DNA of 64,000 nt from Candidatus Aminicenantales bacterium (GCA_049696855.1 JBAVUQ010000023.1:15728-79727), one strand, 5' to 3'. Positions 36,021 through 45,354 are shown, counted from the first letter of the stretch. The notes: generated by a model from the sequence alone, not told the origin. A program made the numbers and translations.

Positions 36021-37475
36021 GTGAAGCTGAAGATCTCGATCACCACGCGACTCGTCTTCTGGATCACCCTGCTCGTCTTCCTGCTTTTCGGCGCGGTCCT
36101 GTTCGTCATTCAGATCCGGGAGGCCAAGATCCTCCAGGATGAAACGGAAGCCCGCGCTTTTCTCCAGGCCCGCTATATGGCCGATGCCAACCTCCAGTCG
36201 CTCTCCCATCAAGATTGGCAGGCGATCCAGAATTACGTCGACGGCCACAGCACCGGGGACCTGGCCTATATCGTCGTCTATGACCGCGAGGGACAGCCCG
36301 CCGCCTGGAACCCCCTCATCCGGTCCCATGGCGAGATCGTTTCCACCAGCCTTCTCGAGGACGCCATGACCCCGGAGGACAGCGCGTCGGTGATGAAGCG
36401 CCTGGTCCTCCGCGACGAGCCGGTCCGGGTCCTCGAAGTCGAGGTCTTCGCCTTCTCCGCGACGGCCGGCCGCTGGGGCTCGGTCAAGATGGGCATGTCC
36501 CTCGAGCCCATGTACGCCCGGCTGCGGGAGATCCAGAAGGTCCTCCTGCTCATCGGCGTCGGCGGCTTCCTCCTCGGCATCGCGGGGGGGACCATCCTGG
36601 CGCGGCGCATCACTCGGCCTATCCACCGGCTGGTCGACGGGACCGTCCGGATCGCCCACGGCGATTTTTCCCAGGCCATCGTCGACACCTCCCGCGATGA
36701 AGTCGGGGACCTGGCCCGGAGCTTCAACGAGATGACCTCCCAGCTCCTCCAGGCCCGGGAGAGAATGGACGACGCCAACCGGCGTCTCGTCCAGCACGAG
36801 AAGCTGGCCTCGATCGGCCGCATGGCGGCCACGATCGCCCATGAGATCCGCAACCCCCTGACCTCGGTCAAGCTGAACATCCAGAAAGTGGCCGAGGAGG
36901 AGAGCTTCGCCGAGACGGTCAAGGCCCACCTCGGCCTGTCGCTCGAGGGGATCGACCAGATCGAGAGATTTATCAAGGAGCTGCTCAACTTTACCCGGGT
37001 CCAGGAGCTCGTCCTGGAGCGCTGGACGGTCGAACAGATCATCGACGAATCGCTCAAGATGATCAAGGACACGCTCGCCCAGAAGAAGATCGTCGTCGAG
37101 AAGGCCTGCGCCGCGAACCTGCCGCCCATCCTCGCCGACGCCGACAAGCTGCGCCAAGTGTTCCTCAATGTCCTCCGCAACGCCCACGAGGCGCTCGGCT
37201 CCGGCGGGAAGATCAGCATCACCTGCGACACGGCCGTCGAGGGCGGCCGGACGATGGCCCGGGTGAGGATCGCCGACAACGGACCGGGCATCGCCGAGAA
37301 GGACCGGCCGAACATCTTCGAGCCGTTCTACACGACCAAGCCCTCCGGCTTCGGGCTCGGGCTGGCCAACGCCCGCAAGATCGTCGAGCAGCACAACGGC
37401 GCGATCGGCGTCGACAAGAAGCGCGGACGGGGCTGCGCGTTCGTGATCCTCATTCCGGCGGAGGAGGCGACATGA
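36021..37475 (+). CDS. sensor histidine kinase (2 TM, HAMP, HisKA, HATPase_c)
   Basis: H-box HEIRNPLTSV. N/G boxes (LRNAHEAL; DNGPGI; GFGLGLA). Confidence 0.85.
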   Translation: MKLKISITTRLVFWITLLVFLLFGAVLFVIQIREAKILQDETEARAFLQARYMADANLQSLSHQDWQAIQNYVDGHSTGDLAYIVVYDREGQPAAWNPLIRSHGEIVSTSLLEDAMTPEDSASVMKRLVLRDEPVRVLEVEVFAFSATAGRWGSVKMGMSLEPMYARLREIQKVLLLIGVGGFLLGIAGGTILARRITRPIHRLVDGTVRIAHGDFSQAIVDTSRDEVGDLARSFNEMTSQLLQARERMDDANRRLVQHEKLASIGRMAATIAHEIRNPLTSVKLNIQKVAEEESFAETVKAHLGLSLEGIDQIERFIKELLNFTRVQELVLERWTVEQIIDESLKMIKDTLAQKKIVVEKACAANLPPILADADKLRQVFLNVLRNAHEALGSGGKISITCDTAVEGGRTMARVRIADNGPGIAEKDRPNIFEPFYTTKPSGFGLGLANARKIVEQHNGAIGVDKKRGRGCAFVILIPAEEAT

Positions 37476-38818
37476 GATCCATCCTGATCGTCGAGGACGA
37501 CCCGCTTGTCCGCAAAACCCTCGCCTCCCAGCTCGCCAGGAAGGGCTTCGACATCGCCGTGGCCGAGACGGGGGAGGGCGGCGTCGCGGCCTTCGCCGAA
37601 TCCCCGCCCGATCTCGTGCTCCTGGACGTCCGGCTGCCCGACATCGACGGCCTGGAGGTCCTGCGGCGGATCCGGGAGCGCAACCGCCGGGCCGTCATCC
37701 TGGTCATGACCGCCTTCGACGACATGAAGACGACCGTCGAGGCGATCAAGCTCGGCGCCTTCGAGTATCTGGTCAAGCCGCTCAACACGGCCGAGCTCGA
37801 TCTGGCCATCGAAAAGGCCTTCCAGGTCCGGGCCCTCGAGGAAAAAGTCAGCTACCTCGTCGAGGAGCGTCAGAAAGAATACACCATCGACAACATCATC
37901 GGCCGGTCGGCCGGCATGCGGAGCGTCTTCAAGATCATCGGCTCCGTGGCCAACACCCGGACCAACGTTCTCATCCAGGGGGACAGCGGCACGGGCAAGG
38001 AGCTCGTGGCCAAGGCCATCCACTACCACAGCCCCTTCCGGGACGAGCCGTTCATCGTCATCAACTGCTCGGCCATCCAGGACACCCTGCTCGAGTCGGA
38101 GCTCTTCGGCCACGTCAAGGGCGCCTTCACCGACGCCGTCAGCGAGACCAAGGGCAAGTTCGAGATCGCCGGGAAGGGGACGCTCTTCCTGGACGAGATC
38201 GGCGACGTCTCGCCCAACCTCCAGAGCAAGCTCCTCCGGGTCATCGAGTCGCGGGACTTCATGAAGGTCGGCGGGGAGAGGGTGCTCAAGACCGAAGCCC
38301 GCATCATCGCGGCCACCAACCAGAACCTGAAGACCCTGATCGAGAAAGGCCGGTTCCGCGAGGACCTCTATTACCGGCTCAAGGTCGTCGAGATCACGCT
38401 GCCGTCGCTGCGGGAAAGGCGCGAGGACATCCCCGACCTCGTGGGCTATCTGCTCGAGAAGATCAACCGGGAGCTCCGTCGCAACGTCCGCAAGGTCCCG
38501 CCGGAAGTGATGAAGACGCTCGTCGAGCTGCCCTGGCGCGGCAACGTCCGCGAGCTCGAGAACGCCCTGACCCGGGCCGTCATCCTGGCCAAGGGGGACG
38601 TCGTGCTCAAGGAAAACCTGCCCGTGGAGCCGGATGAGAGGCGGACCTTCTCCGACGAGCTCGTGCCGCTCGAAGAGGTCGAAAAAACGTACATCCAGCA
38701 CGTGCTGAATGCCGTCCACGGAAGCAAGACCCGGGCCAGCCAGATTCTCCAGATCAGCCGCCCGACCCTGGACAAGAAGATCAAGGATTACGGTCTGGAC
38801 CTGGGGGAGCCGTCCTGA
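37472..38818 (+). CDS. sigma-54-dependent response regulator (NtrC family: REC + AAA+ + Fis HTH)
   Basis: REC LIVEDDPLVR...LLDVRLPDIDG. Walker GDSGTGKELVAKAIH. GAFTGA-like GAFTDA. ESELFGH. C-terminal HTH. Confidence 0.9.
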   Translation: MRSILIVEDDPLVRKTLASQLARKGFDIAVAETGEGGVAAFAESPPDLVLLDVRLPDIDGLEVLRRIRERNRRAVILVMTAFDDMKTTVEAIKLGAFEYLVKPLNTAELDLAIEKAFQVRALEEKVSYLVEERQKEYTIDNIIGRSAGMRSVFKIIGSVANTRTNVLIQGDSGTGKELVAKAIHYHSPFRDEPFIVINCSAIQDTLLESELFGHVKGAFTDAVSETKGKFEIAGKGTLFLDEIGDVSPNLQSKLLRVIESRDFMKVGGERVLKTEARIIAATNQNLKTLIEKGRFREDLYYRLKVVEITLPSLRERREDIPDLVGYLLEKINRELRRNVRKVPPEVMKTLVELPWRGNVRELENALTRAVILAKGDVVLKENLPVEPDERRTFSDELVPLEEVEKTYIQHVLNAVHGSKTRASQILQISRPTLDKKIKDYGLDLGEPS

Positions 38819-38922
38819 ACCCGCAGCGATAAAACCGCGCCCAGGCTGTAAAAGAACTTGCCGGGAGGCCGCGGGCCCCTCGCGCGGCCGCCCCCTTTCC
38901 CCGAGGAGAGCCTTTCCGGACT

Positions 38923-38938
38923 TGGCACAAAAGATGCA
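38923..38938 (+). promoter_or_regulatory. sigma-54 (-24/-12) promoter TGGCACAAAAGATGCA upstream of the standalone REC gene
   Basis: GG and GC dinucleotides at the canonical 10-bp spacing. ~35 nt upstream of ATG 38973. Confidence 0.6.
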
Positions 38939-38972
38939 AACTAAAAGACTGGCCGTAAGGAAGAGGCCCTAA

Positions 38973-39362
38973 ATGAGCGATATCAAAAAGATCGTTCTCG
39001 TCGACGACGACGAAACCGTGCGCAAGACATTCACTCTCCTCTTGGGGAAGAAATACCGGGTCCTGTCCCTCAAGGACCCGCGGCAAGCCTTGGCCCAGCT
39101 CAAGAACGGCCGGGCCGACCTGATCATCGCGGACTATAAGCTGCCCTTTTTCAACGGCATGGAGCTTATCAAGAGGCTCCGCGAGAACGGCTTCGAAGGA
39201 GAGGCCATGCTCATCACCGCCCATCCCGACGAGGTCCGGATCGAAGATATGGGCCGGTTCGCCATCAGCCACTTCTTCGTCAAGCCGCTCGACCTCAACG
39301 ACCTCAACCTGTCGATCGACCGGGTCCTCCAGCCCAGGAACCCCCTCGAGCCCGCCGCCTAA
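38973..39362 (+). CDS. single-domain response regulator (REC only)
   Basis: 129 aa. IVLVDDDETVRK ... LIIADYKLPFFNG ... phospho-acceptor Asp context. Confidence 0.8.
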   Translation: MSDIKKIVLVDDDETVRKTFTLLLGKKYRVLSLKDPRQALAQLKNGRADLIIADYKLPFFNGMELIKRLRENGFEGEAMLITAHPDEVRIEDMGRFAISHFFVKPLDLNDLNLSIDRVLQPRNPLEPAA

Positions 39363-39552
39363 GACGGGGTCAAACCTACAGCAGGGAGCGGACTCCTGGG
39401 AGCGACCATCAGAAGTGCGGCGGAGCGACTCGGAGCCGCACTTCTGGGAAGTATCTTAGTAGTTAAAAACTGGCATCGCGTAAGTTTGACCCCTTCTTTA
39501 AAAAAGTTTACGTTTTTTGCCGCTTCGGCATGTCCCATCAGGCAGGACAAGC

Positions 39553-39568
39553 TGGCATAAAATATGCA
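39553..39568 (+). promoter_or_regulatory. second sigma-54 (-24/-12) promoter TGGCATAAAATATGCA
   Basis: Same TGGCAY-AAAA-NA-TGCA pattern as 38923-38938, with GG/GC spacing exact. Confidence 0.55.
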
Positions 39569-39579
39569 TTCTTACGGGA

Positions 39580-39696
39580 CGGAGCGACAAGTGGCAAACG
39601 GCATCTCTTTCAGGATTCCCGATACCCTTCCATAACCCTCCTTCTTTTTGTTCCGGAGCGAGGGGCGCCGCGGGGGCGCCCCTCACTCTCTTAATT
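39580..39696 (+). ncRNA. candidate sigma-54-dependent small RNA (~115 nt) ending in an intrinsic terminator. May alternatively be a pyrB leader/attenuator
   Basis: Predicted TSS ~12 nt after the -12 element. C/U-rich single-strand stretch CCCUCCUUCUUUUUG. Terminated by a 9-bp GC stem (39661-39683) followed by CACUCUCUUAAUU. Confidence 0.3.
39661..39696 (+). terminator. GC-rich hairpin AGGGGCGCC-gcggg-GGCGCCCCT followed by a U-containing tail
   Basis: Perfect 9-bp stem and 5-nt loop. Tail is cactctcttaatt. Confidence 0.45.
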
Positions 39697-39733
39697 GGCC
39701 CGTCAGGCGCCTGTCCCTCAGCCCGTTCATTCC

Positions 39734-39763
39734 GTTGACTCGCTCTCCGCTCGTAGTGTAGGA
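39734..39763 (+). promoter_or_regulatory. candidate sigma-70 promoter for pyrB (TTGACT-18-TAGGAT with TG extension)
   Basis: TTGACT 39734-39739. TGnTAGGAT 39756-39763. ~35 nt upstream of the pyrB ATG. Confidence 0.3.
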
Positions 39764-39797
39764 TGATGCGGAACGCGCTTCGAGAAGGAGAGCCGTC

Positions 39798-40775
39798 ATG
39801 CCCAGCCCGACCAAAAACCCCCACCTGCCTTTCGGAGACCAGCGCTCGGCCCCCTGGTACGGCAAGGACATCATCTCGGTCAAGCAATTCAGCCGCTCCG
39901 ACCTCGAGTACGTCTTCGGCGTCGCCCACGAGATGCGGGTCATGGTCGAGCGGGTCGGCACGTTCGACCTGCTCAAGGGCAAGATCCTGGCCAGCATCTT
40001 CTATGAGCCCTCGACCCGGACGTCGTCGTCCTTCATCGCGGCCATGGAACGCCTCGGCGGCAACGTCATCAACATCAACGAGGTCCGCTATTCCTCCGTG
40101 GCAAAGGGCGAGAGCCTGCCGGACACGATCAAGACCCTGGAGTGTTACGCCGACGTCATCGTCCTCCGCCACCCCGAGCTGGGCTCGGCCTCCAAGGCGG
40201 CCGAGGCCGCGCACAAGCCGGTCATCAACGCCGGGGACGGCGTCGGCGAGCATCCGACCCAGGCCCTGCTCGACGCCTTCACCATCCGCGAGGAATTGGG
40301 CCGGATGGACGACCTGACCGTGACCATGCTCGGCGATCTCAAGTACGGGCGCACGGTCCACTCTCTGTCCCGGCTCCTCTCCCTCTACAACTCCCGGCTC
40401 CACTACGTCTCGCCCGAGATCCTGCGCATGCCGCCCGAGATCATTGCCGAGCTCGAGGCCAAGGGCATGCGCCAGACCGAGCACCGGACCCTGGATCAGG
40501 CCCTGCCGGAGACCGACGTCCTCTACGTCACCCGCGTCCAGCGCGAGCGCTTCGAGAGCGAAGAGGTCTACGAGTCCGTCAAGGGCGCCTACGTCCTCGA
40601 CAAGAAGATCATGACCGGAGCGAAAAGCAAGATGATCGTCATGCATCCTCTGCCCCGGGTCACCGAGATCAGCACCGACTTCGACGACGATCCCCGGGCC
40701 GCGTACTTCCGGCAGATGGAGTACGGGCTCTACGTCCGCATGGCCCTGCTGGCCATGGTGCTCGGCAAAGCCTGA
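39798..40775 (+). CDS. pyrB: aspartate carbamoyltransferase catalytic subunit
   Basis: STRTR and HPTQ carbamoyl-phosphate/aspartate binding motifs. 325 aa. [12 protein letters not shown]. Confidence 0.85.
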   Translation: MPSPTKNPHLPFGDQRSAPWYGKDIISVKQFSRSDLEYVFGVAHEMRVMVERVGTFDLLKGKILASIFYEPSTRTSSSFIAAMERLGGNVININEVRYSSVAKGESLPDTIKTLECYADVIVLRHPELGSASKAAEAAHKPVINAGDGVGEHPTQALLDAFTIREELGRMDDLTVTMLGDLKYGRTVHSLSRLLSLYNSRLHYVSPEILRMPPEIIAELEAKGMRQTEHRTLDQALPETDVLYVTRVQRERFESEEVYESVKGAYVLDKKIMTGAKSKMIVMHPLPRVTEISTDFDDDPRAAYFRQMEYGLYVRMALLAMVLGKA

Positions 40776-40806
40776 GCCGGCTCGCGCCGGCGCGAGGAGT
40801 CGCGGC

Positions 40807-42153
40807 ATGTCAAGATCCTTTCGGGATTCGGCGGTCTTGTTGTTCGGCCTTCTCATCGCCCTGATCGTCCTGCCGCTGGCGGGCCAGAGGATTCCGCTCG
40901 GTCCCGAGGAATTCTCCGGCCGCCGGGCGGCCCTCATGGACCGCCTCCAGGACGGCGCCGTCATCCTCTTCGGGGACGCGGCGGCGCCCGCCGGCTCCCA
41001 TTTCCGGCAGGACAACGACTTCTATTATTTTGCCGGGAACGAAGACCTCGGCGCGATCCTAGTGCTCGTGCCGGCGTCGCGGGCGTCCTACCTCTTTCTG
41101 CCGCCCCAGACGGCCCGGGAGAAGATGATGGACGGCGCCAACCTCCTCGAGGACCCGGAGGCCAAGGCCAAGGCCGGTTTCACCGACGTTTTCCCCTCGA
41201 GCTATCTCGACGAGTTCCTGGCCCGCTCACTCGCCAGGTTTGCCGGCCGCTTCCACCTCCGGCTCTCGCCCCGGGACTCCCTCGACGAGGCCCGCTCCGA
41301 GACCGCCCTTTTTGAGGGACGGCGGGCCCGCAGCCACTACAACGATCAGCTCTCAGCCGACCTCTATCGCATCGAAAAGATCCGCCAGCGCTATCCGCAG
41401 ATGGAGCTTCGGGACCTCACGCCGGTCGTCGACGAGATGCGGGCGATCAAGACGGCGGAGGAGATCGAGGTCCTGCGCCGGAACGGAAAGCTCTCCGCGG
41501 AGGCCGTCCGCCAGGCCATGCTGGCCGGGCGCCCCGGCGTCTTCGAATATGAGATCGAGGCGGCGGCCATGTCCGTCGTTCTCAAGGGCGGCGCCAAGGG
41601 CGCGGCCTATGCCCCGATCGTCGGCTCCGGCCCCAACTCCTGCATTCTTCACTACGATGAGAACTCGCGTCGCGTCGAGCCGGGCGACGTCGTCCTGATG
41701 GACTTCGGCGCCGACCTCGACCACCTGGCCATGGACATCTCCCGGACCTGGCCCGCCTCGGGCCGCTTCTCCGACGACGAGAGAGAGATCTACCGGACCG
41801 TCCTCGAAGTCCAGAAAGCCTCGATCGAGGCCTACAAGCCGGGGGCGACCCCCAAGGACGTCCGCGACCACGTCGCCGCCGCTTTGAAGGCCAAGGGCAT
41901 CGACCGGCGCGGCCTCGAGGGAGGCTTCGGGCACGGCGTCGGCCTCTCCGTCCACGACGTCCCCCTCGGCGGCGTTCTCAAGGAAGGCATGGTCTTCGCC
42001 ATCGAGCCGGGCCTCTACGACGAAAAGAAGGGCTTCGGCGTCCGCATCGAGGATACGGTCCTCATCACCAAAGCCGGCTGCGAGGTCCTGACCGCCGGCG
42101 TGCCCAAGGAGATCGACGAGATCGAGAAGCTCCTGGGCGGCCGCGTCCGCTAG
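40807..42153 (+). CDS. Xaa-Pro aminopeptidase (M24B family) with N-terminal membrane/signal segment
   Basis: M24 metal-ligand blocks (VVLMDFGADLDHLAMDISRTW; HGVGLSVHD; FAIEPGLY; GVRIEDTV). Confidence 0.8.
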   Translation: MSRSFRDSAVLLFGLLIALIVLPLAGQRIPLGPEEFSGRRAALMDRLQDGAVILFGDAAAPAGSHFRQDNDFYYFAGNEDLGAILVLVPASRASYLFLPPQTAREKMMDGANLLEDPEAKAKAGFTDVFPSSYLDEFLARSLARFAGRFHLRLSPRDSLDEARSETALFEGRRARSHYNDQLSADLYRIEKIRQRYPQMELRDLTPVVDEMRAIKTAEEIEVLRRNGKLSAEAVRQAMLAGRPGVFEYEIEAAAMSVVLKGGAKGAAYAPIVGSGPNSCILHYDENSRRVEPGDVVLMDFGADLDHLAMDISRTWPASGRFSDDEREIYRTVLEVQKASIEAYKPGATPKDVRDHVAAALKAKGIDRRGLEGGFGHGVGLSVHDVPLGGVLKEGMVFAIEPGLYDEKKGFGVRIEDTVLITKAGCEVLTAGVPKEIDEIEKLLGGRVR

Positions 42154-42164
42154 GCGCCCCCCCC

Positions 42165-42791
42165 ATGCCTCCGGAGCCCGAGGAAATCCTGGCCCGGGTC
42201 GAAAAGGGCCTCTGGGCGCCGCTTCCCGGCATTCCGGCGCAGCTCGCCATGGCTCCCGAGCCCCGCGCCGGCCACAAGGCCTATTTCGAGGTCGAGGACA
42301 GCTGCCGCAAGGCCGGCGTCCTGGTCCTCCTCTATGTCAAGGGCGGGCGCGTCTGTGTCCTTCTCACGCGGCGCACGGAGCGAGTTCTCCACCACCGGGG
42401 CCAGATCTCGTTTCCGGGCGGAGAGCAGCACCCGGGCGAATCCCTCGAGGCCACGGCCCTGCGCGAGACCGTCGAGGAGATGGGCCTGGATCTCACGGCC
42501 GTCCGCGTCCTCGGCCGGCTCACGCCGCTCTTTATCCCGCCCAGCAACTACTGCATTTATCCCACCGTGGCCTTCATCCCCGGCCCACTCGTCTTCCATG
42601 TCCAGCCCGAAGAAGTGGAGGAGGTCATCGAAGCCCCGGTCGACCACCTGACCGACCCCGTGAACGTCCGCCGGGAAACCTGGCACTACGGCGGTCGGGA
42701 CGTCGAGGTCCCTTTCTATGCTTTCGAGCGCCACAAGATCTGGGGGGCCACGGCCATGGTCCTCGCGGAACTCCTGGCCCTATTTCGGTGA
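42165..42791 (+). CDS. Nudix hydrolase (CoA pyrophosphatase NudL-like)
   Basis: Nudix box GGEQHPGESLEATALRETVEEMGL. 208 aa. Confidence 0.75.
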   Translation: MPPEPEEILARVEKGLWAPLPGIPAQLAMAPEPRAGHKAYFEVEDSCRKAGVLVLLYVKGGRVCVLLTRRTERVLHHRGQISFPGGEQHPGESLEATALRETVEEMGLDLTAVRVLGRLTPLFIPPSNYCIYPTVAFIPGPLVFHVQPEEVEEVIEAPVDHLTDPVNVRRETWHYGGRDVEVPFYAFERHKIWGATAMVLAELLALFR

Positions 42792-42874
42792 CACACAACT
42801 AAATACACTTAATTTTTTCATTTGCTGTCCATCGAGGCCGGCCTCAATTAAGTGCATTTAGTTGTGTGTCACCG
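42786..42874. repeat. MITE-like element copy 2 (same 29-bp TIRs, different ~31-bp core)
   Basis: Left TIR 42786-42814 contains the Nudix stop codon (cggTGAcac). Right TIR 42846-42874. Confidence 0.75.
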
Positions 42875-42935
42875 TTTTAGTCTTGTTGACCCCGTCCGGC
42901 GAGGCCGATACAATACCCGTGAAAAGAGGTCACCG

Positions 42936-43919
42936 ATGAGTCCACGCAAGCGTATCCTGAGCGGCATCCAGCCGAGCGGCACGATCCACATCGGCAATTA
43001 TTTCGGCGCCATCGAGAACTGGGTCCGCCTGATGGACGACTACGACTGCTTTTTCACCATCGTCGACCTCCACGCCATCACCGTCACGTACGATCCGGCG
43101 CTTCTGCCCCAGCGGGTCTGGGACGCCGCCCTCGACAACATGGCCGCCGGACTCGACCCGGACAAGTGCACCATCTTCATCCAGAGCCACGTCCCCGAGC
43201 ACACCGAGCTCTGCTGGCTGCTCAACTGCGTGACGCCCCTCGGCGAGCTCGGCCGGATGACCCAGTTCAAGGAGAAATCCGAGCGGGAGCGGGAGAACGT
43301 CACGGCCGGCCTGCTCAATTATCCCATCCTCCAGGCCGCGGACATCCTCATCTACAAGGCCGACGCCGTGCCCGTGGGGGAGGACCAGGCCCAGCACCTG
43401 GAGTTCGCCCGCGAGATCGCCCGCCGCTTCAACAACCGCTTCGGCGCCTACTTCACGGAGCCGGCGACGCTGATCGGCCGCGGCGCCAGGGTCATGGGGA
43501 TCGACGGCGCGGCGAAGATGAGCAAGTCTCTGGACAACGTCATCGGCGTCGCCGAGGAGCCGGACGTGATCTGGGAGAAGCTCCGGCCGGCCAAAACCGA
43601 CGAGGCCCGCAAGCGCCGCAGCGATCCGGGCAATCCCGACCGGTGCAACATCTTCAGCTATCACAAGCTGGTCACGTCCGAAGACGAGCTCCGGGAGATC
43701 GTCGCGGGCTGCACCGGCGCGACGATCGGCTGCCTCGACTGCAAGAAGATCTTCCACCGCAACCTGATGAAGGTCCTCGATCCCATCCGGGCCCGCCGGC
43801 GGGACCTGGCCGAACATCCGGACCACGTCCGGGAGGCCCTACAGGAAGGGGCGCGCAAGGCCCGGGTGGTCGCCCGGGAGACCCTCGAGGGCGCCAAGAA
43901 GCTCATGGGCCTAATTTAA
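42936..43919 (+). CDS. trpS: tryptophan--tRNA ligase
   Basis: ATG 42936. Class I HIGH (TIHIGNY) and KMSKS (KMSKS). 327 aa. Confidence 0.9.
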   Translation: MSPRKRILSGIQPSGTIHIGNYFGAIENWVRLMDDYDCFFTIVDLHAITVTYDPALLPQRVWDAALDNMAAGLDPDKCTIFIQSHVPEHTELCWLLNCVTPLGELGRMTQFKEKSERERENVTAGLLNYPILQAADILIYKADAVPVGEDQAQHLEFAREIARRFNNRFGAYFTEPATLIGRGARVMGIDGAAKMSKSLDNVIGVAEEPDVIWEKLRPAKTDEARKRRSDPGNPDRCNIFSYHKLVTSEDELREIVAGCTGATIGCLDCKKIFHRNLMKVLDPIRARRRDLAEHPDHVREALQEGARKARVVARETLEGAKKLMGLI

Positions 43920-44042
43920 AGGGACCGTCCCCCCTGGGGCAGTCCCGTTTCGTCGACGGCCATCTTTGTTTTCCGCGAAACGGGAACCTTTTCCCCTCCC
44001 ATTTCGTCTACCCTTTTGAACGTCGATCTCTAGGAGGTTGCT

Positions 44043-44855
44043 GTGTCCAAAATCAAGGTCCTCATCGCCCTTTGTATCACGCTTCTGATCCTGGCCGTCT
44101 CCTGCATCATAGCCGGGGAGGAGTACAAGGATACCTTCTCGAAAACCCTGCCTCTCAAGGCGGGGGAGCGGTTCTCGCTCGAAAACGTCAACGGCGACGT
44201 GACGATCGCCACCTGGAAAGAAGACAAGGTCGAGATCAAGGCGGTCAAGACCGCCCGCCGGAACAAAGAGGACCTGGACAAGGTCGAGATCCGGGTCGAC
44301 GAGAGCGCCGGCTCGGTCTCGGTCAAAGCCGTCTGGCCCAAGTTCCCGCGCCGGGCCAACGTCAACGTCGAGTTCACGGTCATGGTCCCCGAGGGGGTCA
44401 ACCTCACCGAAGTGGGGACGGTCAACGGCGGGGTCGAGGTGACGGGACGCTACGGCCGGGCCGAGGTGGGCACGACGAACGGCTCCGTCACGGTCAAGGA
44501 CGCGTCCGGCGAGCTCGAGGCCGGCACGACCAACGGCAGCGTCCACGTCAGTCGGTTCGACGGCCGGATCAAGGCGGACACCACCAACGGCAACATCAAG
44601 CTCGAGGACGTGACCTTCAAGGACGGCCTCTCGGCCGAGACGACCAACGGCTCCGTTACGCTCGGCATCGTCTCCCCCGAAAGCCTCAACGCCGACCTCC
44701 GGGCCAGCGTAACGAATGGCCACATCACGGTCGATTTCCCCATCACGCTCCAGAACCTCCGCCAGTCAAAGCGGCGGATCGAGGGCCGGATCGGCCAGGG
44801 CGGCCCGGAGATCTCCCTTCACACGACCAACGGCTCGATCAGCCTGACGAAGTAA
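44043..44855 (+). CDS. DUF4097-family beta-strand repeat protein (putative adhesin-like)
   Basis: Signal/TM. Repeated TTNGSV/VNGDV units. Confidence 0.65.
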   Translation: MSKIKVLIALCITLLILAVSCIIAGEEYKDTFSKTLPLKAGERFSLENVNGDVTIATWKEDKVEIKAVKTARRNKEDLDKVEIRVDESAGSVSVKAVWPKFPRRANVNVEFTVMVPEGVNLTEVGTVNGGVEVTGRYGRAEVGTTNGSVTVKDASGELEAGTTNGSVHVSRFDGRIKADTTNGNIKLEDVTFKDGLSAETTNGSVTLGIVSPESLNADLRASVTNGHITVDFPITLQNLRQSKRRIEGRIGQGGPEISLHTTNGSISLTK

Positions 44856-44922
44856 AAAGCGGTCTTACCCTCATCCTCAGCGGGGGACCGGCCCTTCCGC
44901 CGGCCCCCATTTCTATTTCCCG

Positions 44923-45354
44923 GTGATTCCCTTAGAATATCGGTCAAGGGAAAAGCTCTTGTCCGTCAATACCAAGCCAGGCGAGACGCCGTTCACCCGC
45001 GAGGTCAAGGCGGTCATCCGCGGCATTCCCCGCGGCCGGGTTGCGACCTACGGCCAGGTGGCCACCCTGGCCGGGCGCGAACGGGCGGCCCGCGGCGTCT
45101 CCTGGATCCTCCATTCCTCTTCGGAGGCCGCCGGTCTTCCCTGGTACAGGGTGATCGGCGGCCGGGGCGGGATCTCCCTTCCGCGCGGCCGGGGTTTCGA
45201 GGAACAGCGCAGGCGGCTCGCCGCGGAGGGCGTCGCGGTCGGCCCCGGCGGCCGCATCGACCTCGAGCGCTACCAGTGGCAGCCATCGTCCGGTGCGGCG
45301 GGACGATCCCGCGCCGCCCGGAGGTTCCTCAGGGGACTGCTCGAACGGGATTGA
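44923..45354 (+). CDS. MGMT-family DNA-binding domain protein (alkyltransferase-like; no PCHR acceptor Cys)
   Basis: REVKAVIRGIPRGRVATYGQVATLAGRERAARGV...LPWYRVI. A likely shorter start is TTG 44959. Confidence 0.6.
   Translation: MIPLEYRSREKLLSVNTKPGETPFTREVKAVIRGIPRGRVATYGQVATLAGRERAARGVSWILHSSSEAAGLPWYRVIGGRGGISLPRGRGFEEQRRRLAAEGVAVGPGGRIDLERYQWQPSSGAAGRSRAARRFLRGLLERD

Noticed and set aside
34343-36109. 588-aa minus-strand ORF opposite the family-5 SBP gene
   Set aside because: Antisense high-GC artefact. The sense strand has clear SBP_bac_5 motifs.
39450-39500. sigma-54-like TGGCATCGCGTAAGTTTGA
   Set aside because: The -12 region does not give GC at the required spacing (AAGT instead of TTGC).
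39517-39738. 73-aa ORF spanning the second sigma-54 promoter and the terminator hairpin
   Set aside because: No RBS, low-complexity product. The region is better explained as promoter + non-coding transcript.
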